Below, one piece after another: positions 25,783-36,472 of a stretch of DNA of 64,000 bases; the stretch's first letter is position 1; every line of letters starts with the position of its first letter. The DNA is from Balanoglossus misakiensis (taxonomy: Eukaryota; Animalia; Hemichordata). Position numbers and translations under genes: made by a program. The notes under the pieces were generated by a model. The model was not told where the DNA came from. It ran no database searches and saw only the letters and a program-made list of their open reading frames with translations. The stretch spans positions 18,089,028-18,153,027 of the forward strand of contig CM082576.2 of assembly GCA_040954595.2 (NCBI GenBank). The letters run 5' to 3'.

Positions 25783-28700
25783 GTGACATCATGGCTTGCA
25801 TTCCTTAAGGCAATCATACCACAAGATATGGATGAGGGTGGGAGTAAACCAAAAGTGATATTGATTGGAAGCAAGGCTGATTTGTTGAAAGCTGAACACA
25901 AGAAAGAAGGTATGTTCAGTACATGTTTAGATAAAAGGTGACAAGAGCGAGGGTATTCACACAATTGGGAGTCTGGTGTGGGAGTACACTCAATCTGATT
26001 AAAACCAGATGTAGTGTTGGGCGCTGTCTTTACCTTTGCTGATTCTTGGCTGTTCTGTTCGAAAGGGACACCCATACTACATCTGAACCTATGCAAAAGG
26101 AGATCTCATTACTATTCAACATTTTACCTATTCAGACAGTGTGATTGATGTAGAATTTCACCGGATGCTTTCAAAAAATACAAAACAGCACCAAAGTGGC
26201 CTCTTCTGTGTACATGTCCATACTTTGTAAATAAAAATCTATCAAGAGATCATTACTTTTTTCTTGATAGCTGAATTGGTGATGAGGGAAATACTCCAGA
26301 CAGCTCAGAAGACCTTTGGCAAATACCTGAATATTCTTGATGAGACATTCATACTGAATTGTCACAACTCGCAGCATAATGATATGCACAGATTGCGTGA
26401 ATGTCTACGAAGTGCAAAGGTATGGTTTTATAGATATTCTGCAATATGTGACTGGATTGAACATGTTAATTCATTAGGGCCATATTTGACAAAGGCATGC
26501 TTTACATCACCTTAATACTCTCATGTAATGCATAGAGTCCAAGAAAGCCAACTATCAGATAGTAATAACTGAACTCTTATCAGTGGGAAATAAGTCAAGG
26601 TTGTATACTTTTGACTTACCGGGTATCAGAACTGTCTAAAAGGGCGTTCTCACTGGCACGTTTACACTGGTGCTACATCGGTGTAGATTTGACATCGACG
26701 GAAAAAAACAAGTGAGAACGCTTTACACCGGTGTTGGGCCGGTGTTAATTTGCGACAGCGATGGGTGGTGGGTCAGGGCCAGTGCTGGGCCAGCACTCCG
26801 ACGCAAATAATCAGTGAGAACGCAAAGATAAACAAACACCGTTCAAAAGCGCCACCCTGCAGTGACTTTTGGGTATGTTTATTAGGTATAGCCCATTGTC
26901 TTTGGTCAGTTTCCATTGTTAAGTCAATCACACTGGACGCGAGTGGTTTTCAAACCATTCGCAGTTTGCCAGGTCTGCAACACTTCAGTCTGCTACCAAC
27001 TTTCAGAAGGTTCTCTCGATCACCAAAAAGCCGAGGCATTTTCCATTTATGGATTAACATTCATTTACTTCTAAACATTATCAAAACTGTCACAAAGTCG
27101 TCTAGAACGTATATGCAGGTATATAAACTGCAACATGTTGCTGTAATGTCCTCGACATCCTCAATTTTGTTAGTTGCCGTGTTGCTAAACATGGCCATTT
27201 AGACGGTGTTTATTTCAAAACAGTGGCCAAAAGTTTAGTGTGTGGACGCAAGGAGATTCTGTGGGCTAATCCCCTGTGTTTGCAGAGAGTAAACACTGGC
27301 ATAACACCGGTGTCCAAACTTTTAGTGAGAACAAGACTTTAAATAATGGGCTGTGTCTGTAAAGGGTGAATATCACTGTTGCCAGTATTGTTCGAGTTGC
27401 TTTTCTGAATGTTCATTTCACCAAACAACAGTATTATGGGGGTCATCGTTAAGACATTTTTGAAACATCTCAGATGAAATACTGGCGTAAATTATCATGT
27501 GTGAATGGTTTAAGTGGTCCTGAAACGTCTCAGATTTGAGACGGCTTTGGTCAGACCTGAGCCAGTGTAAGGATTAACACCTCTCCGCAACCCATTGTTT
27601 GTGTGTGTGTACACAAGGCGACTTAAAGGATTAATGCTCTGTGTTTACTATTGGCAAATAGTGTCTATGAAATGTTTTGAATTTTACCCTGTCTGGACAT
27701 GAACCTGGTATATGTCGCTGTGTTAATGTTACAGAGAGAAGAATACATACCAAAGTTGTGTGCTAAGATACTTGATGGAAGAAGCAAATGGATTGTGAGC
27801 AGTTTCCCGGTCATCAAATGGAAAACATATATAGAAAGAGTGAAAGAGTTGGATCGTTTCATTGATGAAGAGTTTCTAAAGAAAGCTACGAGATACCTTT
27901 ACTACCTTGGGGAGGTAAGAAATCATTGCTGAAGACATTAACCCACTTGATCAGTAGGTTAAGAAATCTATGGACGATACTGTAAAACAGGTTATTTCGC
28001 GAGCAATAAATTTTCATGAAATATGCGAGAGCCCCCAAAAATGTGAAAATACAAAAGTCGCATAAAATGTTTTTTTTCTTAGATAACAATGCAGTTAGTG
28101 AAATACGAGAAAGCCAAAATTAATCCATGCATAACAGTTGCTTCTTTTGATATCGCGAAAAATTTCCTGTCACGAAAAGAACCCGTTTTACAATATGAAG
28201 TCATACTACAAGAAAATGTTCTCGCAAAGTTTGGAGAAAGTACAGTACTGCAATTATGTTTATCACAGAACAATTACTGATGAAACCTTTCCAAAGACCA
28301 ACAGGAGTTCTGAAAGTTTTCTAGAAATTCTTTAAAACCTATCAATGCCAGGGTTCATCAAAAATAGAGGGCATCATTGACTTGAACATATAAACCATGG
28401 GATATGAAAAGCAAGTACTAATACAGAAACCAGAAATAACGCTGGAAAATTTGTTGACAGGGGGTGTGCTTGCGTCAACCGTTAAGTGCACTCTTTGTTT
28501 GATCATGATTAGTGTCATACAAATTTAACCCTTAAGAGGGATCTGGGGGTGAAAGGCTTGACAGAGCCTTTTGCTGAGGATCTAGACAGGGATTCAAGAC
28601 TGAGAAAAAATAACAGAAAAGGCCCTCTGCTATAAACATGTTTTTGTGGTCCATGTGTGTCACTAGTGTGGGTATAGCCCTGACATTGTTCCTAAATCAC

Positions 28701-30177
28701 CAGTGGCAATATTGTGGCGTTGATGAGTTTTTTTTCGATCACTATAGCTGAGATGGTTTGGCCAGGCAAGGCTAGACTTGGCCTGGGTTTCGCGGTTTCC
28801 CTATGTATGATCAGCCATGCACACATCTACATACTGGTATGTGTGTCACTAAGATATATGCACAATTTCATTTGAATAAATGTCTCAAAACATAAGTATT
28901 TTTCCCCATTGTTTATTCACAGATGCTCCAAATCGAGAGTACCCTACCAGATTCAGATGACGTCATTGTTCTTGATCCCCAATGGTTATGTTCTAGAATA
29001 TTCGGTCCCATGCTGGCTCCTGAAATATTTGAGCAGTTTGCAAACCGCTTGCCGCGGAAGTCCTTACATATGAGAAGCGAAATTGAGGAAGTTTTCCATG
29101 GTCTGGCAGATATTGATTTGCTCATAAATCTTCTCAAAGAGTTTGACCTTCTCTACGAGGTCATTTCTGAATCCAATACTGTAACTGGGTATGTAATACC
29201 TGGGTTGTTGGACACAGATATGCCTGCAAATCAGTGGAAACAGGATGCTACTAATTTACTATGGCAGACGGTTCCAATGCAGAGATGATGCTGATAGTTT
29301 CTCGCCAGGATTTTTCCCCCGACTTCACGCCCGAATAGAATGCCATTTCCGAAAGATCAACCAACAAACAAGTGGTATATGGAAAAATGGCATCAAAGTG
29401 TGTCACAATGCAGAAGGCTTGGTGTATATGACAAAAGGTTGGAGAGCTATCCATGTTTGTGTTAGAGCAGAGAAAGAAGAGGAAATCGGCGAATGCTACA
29501 AATTATTAGAGACAATAACTGATATTGTTTATGAAGTGTTAGAGATCTGCTGTCCTGGTACAAGACTTGACATCCACGTGTTGAGTTCAGATTCTCTTCG
29601 AAACCATCGCAACCTTGAAGATGTCACATTCTATACATTGAAGCAAATTCGGGAAGCAGAAGAGAGGAATGAGAAGGTGTACAACGAGGAGATGGTGATT
29701 TCAGAAGCAGCTACTGACTTGCTTTGTGCTGGGTATGATACAACCATCCTCCGACACAGTGGATATGAAAGTGATGTCAAGTGGATGCTGAAGGATGCCC
29801 TCAAGATATTTTCTAATATCATGGATATCATCCGTTTATCCGGCAATGACTACAGGGCTATGGCAGACTTGATGGGGATCCCTCGCATGGAGGTGGATTC
29901 ATGGCAATACAGTGCATTGATTCAATCCCCCACACAACATGCTTTATCTGTTTGGTCCAAGGGCTGTGGAGGACAACAACGTGCAGGCCAACAGCCAACT
30001 GCAGATAAGAAATTCTGTAAGAGCAATTTTTCCAACCTGGTTAAAATTCTTGAGCAAGAAAGTTGTGATGTCTACGCTGCCAGAGAAGAAATACATGAGA
30101 TGTTCCGAAAACTTGGTGTGTCAGCTGATCATCATGATGTTGAAGATGACATGGCTCATCTACATCTAACGTCCTAA
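25783..30177 (+). pseudogene. C-terminal part of a Roco (DAPK-like ROC-COR-death domain) gene: exons 25783-25909, 26271-26419, 27735-27914 and 28923-30177, frameshifted near 29250
   Basis: Splice phases are compatible. ROC end: VTSWLAFLKA…PKVILIGSKAD (G4-like) and FILNCHNSQHNDMHRLRECL. COR: FLKKATRYLYYLGE|…VIVLDPQWLC…YVIPGLL…YYGRR…FSPGFFPRL…IWKNGI. Death-domain-like end: GNDYRAMADLMGI…SPTQHALSVW. No P-loop (GxxxxGKT) or DFAG exon is present between the ankyrin exons and 25783. Confidence 0.85.
26641..27338. mobile_element. Diverged MITE (PIF/Harbinger-like) in a Roco intron
   Basis: Imperfect TIRs (gttctcact…agtgagaac) and repeated acaccggtgt motifs. Confidence 0.45.
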
Positions 30178-32895
30178 GATGATGACATCAACATCTCTGA
30201 AGCAGACCATTGTGACGTCAGTATATCAATTTCTGATTAGTATGGCAAACGATGGCAGTATTTCCATGGAACTTGTTGCAATGTCTGAGAAATTTAACTG
30301 AGTAACGTAATGTGCGTGTGCAAGGAAAAGGTTCCGTACACACATACTGTTATAAGCCCTGCAGAGAAATCAAAGCCAATACACCAAACCACCCTCCACC
30401 ATTACTGTCTTCTCAATAACCAGGCTGTACAACGAGGAGATGGTGATTGCAGAAACAGCTACCAACAGGTGACACAACTAAAGATAAATGAATGGAATCT
30501 GTGACATAGATCTAGAATGAGATAACAGAAAGTGAATTACCCAAATACAGTACAAGACCATCCTGCAGATACTGACCTATTTGAAGTGTATGTAATGGTT
30601 AATTACAAATTAAATCACTCTAAGGAACATGATGTCATGTCAGCTTCACAGGATGGAGACACATGCAAATAAAGTGAGTCAATTACAATTATGAGAAAGT
30701 GACTACTAAGAAATTGTCATGTTGAGTTTACAAACTGCAGCTAATGACATCAATGACCATTATAGCAAAATAAAGTTGATTTTTTTTAAAATTCTAGTGA
30801 TTTTTGTGATTTGTTGCAACATTTTTTATTCAAATTATTGTTTTCACCAAAAAGCTGTACAGTAATATTTTTAATCCTGATCATCAATATCTTCATTAGA
30901 AACATTACTTTTGTTTGTTGACAGATTTAGGAAATTCACTCATGTTCACAATGATTTTGTGTAATGTTCTGGACTTCGGTTTTGATGTGTACTATTTCCC
31001 AAAAGCAAATGACTACCCAAGAATATGCAATTTAAGAGAGGTTGTCATACACTTCTTGCTTTCAATTACATTGAACACACTCTCAACATCTTTTTTCTAT
31101 GTACACAAGTTGTCACTTCAAGATCATTCATATTAGGATTGAGAAACTATTTTCTTAATTTTGAATTATAAACTAATACAGACATCACCATTCACATTTT
31201 GCAGACATGCTATTTAGGTGGTCGACATATCTTTATATTTTTAGTATTAAAATGTGGGAAGAGTCACTTTGAAAACAGAAAAAAATTTGCTTTCTCAAAA
31301 ATAAAAATACTTCAAATTTTCTCAATACACATTGAATGGTGGCCATCTTGATTTTAAAATTTGAATCAGTTTCGCTTTATCATTCAAAATTATGCCTGTT
31401 TAAAGGATATAAGAGTAAAAATCTCGCCAAAATGAATAAACGGTAGAGACCGATTATTCATTTTGACGAGTGTTTTACTCTCGTGTCTACAAGTGAGATG
31501 GAAGTTGTGGGTGGTCGAACGTTGATTCACTATATATCCACAGTCTTGTATCAAACATAATTAACAGAAAAATGGCAGCGAGAGAGAGATTTTGTCCCTT
31601 TAAATGTTATTCCATGTATGACCTCATCTTGGATATGAATATTATCTGTTACCAATCCTTGCAATGTAGTTTCCATAACTGCAGTTTTACAGCTCTTTTT
31701 CATGAGGACTTGAGAAATGAATTATTTACTGCTTCTTCACAGCCAGAAAGATTCTTTATAGGTATTTAAAATCCTTGATGTGTTCAAAATAAATCTGTTA
31801 CTTTTGCAATCTTTTGTGTATATGTGTGTCCATTGTTAGCATCCGCCCACCCCCCACCCCCCGAGTTGAACACGGGCTGCCAAATTATTGCAATACAAGA
31901 CATGAACTATTCCTACTTGCTTCTCATGTTTGGTTTTAATGTGCACCTTCAAAATCAGTCATATTCTCCTCAATACAACTTTAGATTATTCTTGCTTAAA
32001 ACAAAGAATACAGATTAATTATTCATCGTAAAAATTTGAATGACAAAAAATGTCTCAAATTTGAAATTCAAAATGGCGCTATAACTCCATGGTGAACATT
32101 GTTTATTTTTTTATGAAACCAAGGTGATGAAAATCATTTTTTTCAAATAGACTTCATATACACTTTAATACAAAAACATGGAAGAGATTGGAGGACTGAT
32201 TTTTGTGAAAATAACCAACTTAATGAATTTTTTTTCACTCAACTACTGGAAAGTAAGCTGGGCTTTGATTGGTTGCTGACTGAGACAAATGTGTAGATAA
32301 CCAATCACAACACAGCTACCTTCATGATTGAGCATGTAGAAAGTGTAGTCTCCCTCAGAAATCGCCCAAAACATCGCTATTAATGCGAGCAGAGGATAGC
32401 ATGTATGAACTTTGACATGAAATTGGTAGTTACCCTGGTTACGACGTTGATTTGTGACTGGTACACTTTCCACCCTTTGAAGAAAGAAAAAAAGAAACAA
32501 GTTCTTTTCTGTGCAACACTTCAGAGTCACAAGTGATTTTCATCAAGAGAAACTTCTATCAGGCAAATTTTACTTGAAATGTTTGAAGAATTGGCACTGG
32601 GTTGAATTTATTTTGGAGTGAGTTAAGTACTCAGGGAGTCATCATTTGGTATCCCCAGGGGGGTCTAGATGCTGTTTTCTGGGGGGAGAGACAATTCATT
32701 CCAGTGGAATGTGACACTTAGGAAATAAATAGACCATAGCACCAAAAAGAACAATTTCAGAATAAAATCCCTCATAACAGATCAGCTCACAATCAGAATG
32801 CAGATAAGTATATGAGATAAGAGAAATTCCAACAAATGTCTTCATATTTGACTTCCAGTCCAACTTGAGTGGAAATGGCATAAACTTCAATGATT

Positions 32896-33030
32896 TTGTG
32901 CCCTTGAGCAAGGCACTTTTTATTCCCATTGATCTGGGGGGACTGACTTTGTATAGATGATTGTTCTAGTCATCCTATCCTAGGTAGACAACATTTCTGT
33001 GTTTGATATGGATGAATTAAATAAATAAAA
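32896..33030 (+). mobile_element. SINE remnant
   Basis: The core motif gtgcccttgagcaaggcact is typical of conserved-core SINEs, and the region ends in an (aaat)n/A tail. Confidence 0.4.
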
Positions 33031-34289
33031 AACTGCATCGTTAGCCATTTTTGAATGCTGCTAAATAATAAATATATCCAGAATTTGATAAAACAATTCT
33101 ATTTGAAATCCATTGTTTTCTTTGGCAATATATGACAATAATTTTGTCGCAAATATATAAATGGTATATATACAGTATTATATTATATCATGCTACCGTC
33201 CGCAATTCTGATTGGACGAGAGCTCAATCCAGCGATGCTAAAATACTCATAATGCACTGCTGGCAGAGCTAAAACGGGCCCCTGCTGAACTAGCATATGG
33301 CAGCAAAAACCACAGTTGCGCGTGTTTAAACCAAATAAATAAAACAACAATACTGTTGAATTAACGGACGTTTTATTTTGGAATTGCTCTGTGGAAATAT
33401 TTTTCACTTTGCCACGCGCGATGCCCGTCTTGTCACTTTTTGTCGTCTGCTTCATGTTTAATGCTCGATCCCGGCTGGATCCCGGCCGCTCGTGTTTACA
33501 TTCATCGTCGCCATGTTGGTTCACGATCGTAATTTCTCTTTATGCCGCCGTTTCGGTAAGAAAATGACACTGATATGCCTCAAAAACAATTGTTGATATA
33601 ATATAATAGCAATAAAACACCCCAGCCATGGTATACCACTCGATTTTGACCAGTTCAACTCCTTATACGCACTCGCTATCGCTCGTGCGTATATGTCGTG
33701 AACTGGTCAAAATCTCGTGGTATACCATGGCTGGGGATGTTTTATTGCTTAATTAACTTGGTTTTTGTAGCAACTGATATTAGCAACGTTTTCATGAATT
33801 AACGAAGAAAAATATAGTTTTGAAGTTCTCAGGAATACACCCAAATTATGTATACATGAACACTGTCCAAATAGACTATGGTTCTCAAAATCCCAAATTG
33901 ATGCTTTTAAGGGAGGCTTCAGTAATTACAGCCGTGGGTTGGGGGAAGTTGGTGACGGTCCATCATGTAAATGTGACAGACAGCATTCCTGTATGGCTAG
34001 GGAAGGATGTGTGTTGCTATGACAACACCTCCCTTAATCAGCACATGCACAGGCACATTGACCTATACATAAGAGCGAACCCAGTATTCAAACTACTTGA
34101 AAGTACTGTTTAAACAGCCAAACTTTTTACATACAAGGAATACGGTAATGTTTGGTTTGTAAAAAGTAGTTCATACTCAATCCTTTTCTGGGCACTTTTA
34201 ATTTGTCTTCTTGCTCGCCTCCTTAAAACTTTCAGAGACTTCAATTCAACAGAAAATTCTTTCACCATTTGCAGCAGTAAGTCTGCGGA

Positions 34290-34725
34290 CTATTTCAAAC
34301 AACTTACCATAAAATACCCACCTTGGGAGTGGACGGATTGACAAGAAGAAGTGTTTATCACCATCAAGAACTGACTAATGAGTGATACAATCATGGCATA
34401 CTTCGATCCGAAGAAAGAAACCGAAATAGTTGTAGATGCCAGCCCAGTAGGTTTATAGCAGCCATGTTAACCCAGAAAAGCAAAAGCGACGCGTCGACGA
34501 CGCACCACGAGTTCTTTGCTACGGAAGCAGATCACTTACACCAGTCAAACAACGATATTTTCAAACACAAAGACAGGCCCTTGCCGTTGTATGGGCATGC
34601 GAACGATTCCACTTGTATGTATATGGTCAGAAATTCACCATTGTGACAGACCACAAGCCGTTGGTCCACATATACAACAATCCAATTTCGAAACCACCTG
34701 CCAGAATCGAACGTTGGGCACTGAA
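34290..34725 (+). mobile_element. Ty3/Gypsy pol fragment (RT connection/RNase H), degenerate
   Basis: MAYFDPKKETEIVVDASPVGL…CYGSRSLT…ALAVVWACERFHLYVYGQKFTIVTDHKPL…PPARIERWALK, with stops and frameshifts. Confidence 0.9.
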
Positions 34726-35224
34726 GCCGTCGGCACAGAAATTAACAAGAAGAAGAAGAAGAAGAAGATGAGCACGAGTTAAACGTCTATAAAATTTACA
34801 GCTTGTTGAAATTAGGAAGGTTACTTTTCAATATCAGTAGCGCGATACGAGACAAACAACCCTCTATATACCGATAAGAAGTTGTTACCATGGTGATAAA
34901 ATAAACATCTGTAAGACTGAGATCTGTCAATAACAGTATAGAAAACATTTTCCAATTTCCGAAAAGTAGCCGTTTTTTAAACTTTTTTCAAGGAAATTAG
35001 TGTTTTGTTCACAGTACAATATATTTCGATATTTTTCTATGATTATTTTCAAGATGTTTGCGAGTGTGCAGAAAGAAAAGAATAAACTGTGAAATTTCCA
35101 TAGAAATAATGAAGGAGCCATCTTTAGGTTGTATGGATTTGAATATTTCATTGAAAAAAACTAATAACTAAATTATGAATTCAATTAATAGTACAATTTG
35201 CAAAAAATTGCTAGTCACTCCAGA

Positions 35225-35635
35225 AGGGTCAGTGCTTGGAAATGTGAGAGCCTGGAAATTTCCAACCACTGACAAGGGTCAGTGGTCGGGAATTTCCAGA
35301 CACTCAGGGAATGTGAGAGCCTGGAAATTTCCAAGCACTGACAAGGGTCAGTGGTCGGAAATTTCCAGACACTCAGGGAATGTGAGAGCTTAGAAATTTC
35401 CAAGCACTGACAAGGGTCAGTGGTCGGAAATTTCCAGACACTCAGGGAATGTGAGAGCCTGGAAATTTCCAAGCACTGACAAGGGTCAGTGGTTGGAAAT
35501 TTCCAGACACTCAGGGAATGTGAGAGCTTAGAAATTTCCAAGCACTGACAGGGTTAGTGGCCGGAAATATCCAGTCACTCGGGGAATGTGAGAGCCTGGA
35601 AATTTCCAAGCATTGACAGGGTCAGTGCTTGGAAA
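35225..35635 (+). repeat. 69-bp tandem repeat array (~6 units); inverted sister array at ~36540-37065 (~7.5 units)
   Basis: Unit gaatgtgagagcctggaaatttccaagcactgacaagggtcagtggtcggaaatttccagacactcagg; each unit is itself a hairpin. Confidence 0.95.
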
Positions 35636-35657
35636 TCTTGAGTTTATCTATCATGTT

Positions 35658-36030
35658 TCAAATTATGGCCTTTAGGAAAACGATCTGTTGAGGAACTTCG
35701 CCTGTATTTATATCTTCAACCCTACGGATGAGTTTGGTCGTTTGACTGCGGTGGCCTCTTCTGCTGTTCTTCTCTCTCTCCATGCCCGACATCCTGGTCT
35801 CGGCACCAACAAATGTACCGCGTACACTTGGGAATAGGTTCGGAATGAAGAGAGAGGGGCGGGATGGCCAATACTTCTTTATATACAGTGGTTTGAACTG
35901 TGACATTTGGTAACACTGCATAATTCAAGAACAATAGCATTTGGTAGTTGTGAAGTTGTGACTTTGTATACAGAGTAGAAAGAACAATTGTGTCAGATAA
36001 ACAATACCAATTCCCAATAAACAACTAGTG
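35658..36030 (-). mobile_element. BEL/Pao LTR retrotransposon 5' fragment (LTR end, tRNA-His-type PBS, gag start)
   Basis: The minus strand reads …ggtaCA-tttgt-TGGTGCCGAGACCAGGAT (PBS, 35791-35808), followed by gag-like MEREKNSRRGHRSQTTKLIRRVE. The LTR 5' end is not defined. Confidence 0.7.
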
Positions 36031-36088
36031 TATGGGCTAACTCAGAGGAGTTGGTAGGCGAAGCCTGTCATGAACATTGGGACGCTAA

Positions 36089-36472
36089 GGCTCCTTAGAC
36101 AAACCTGGTGCGTCTGCGGTCCAGATCCGTACCAGAGCTTTTCGCCGAAATTCGATTTTATCGGGAGAATATCCTTTCCCTGTCTACTAACCGGTTATAA
36201 CCGCGATTGACTTCTTCTAACATCCGAACCGCTCGCTTTCTGAAACTTTTGTGTTTACCCATTGAGATAACCTCACTGTATTCAATATGGCGATCTCAAC
36301 AGGTAAACACAAGAGAAAATCAGAAAGCGAGTGGCTCGGAAGTTAATTACATCATATTTGGAGTCATTTGTGGGTAGACGGGGGAAAGATTCCCCCCGAT
36401 AAAATCCAATCTCGGCCGAAAAGCTGCTGTCCGGATCCGGATCTCAGACGAATCAGTTTTGTCCATGGAGCC
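36089..36472. mobile_element. Palindromic MITE (~385 bp)
   Basis: ggctcc…ggagcc termini, with imperfect arms over most of the length (e.g. cttttcgccgaaattcgattttatcggg / cccgataaaatccaatctcggccgaaaag). Confidence 0.65.
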
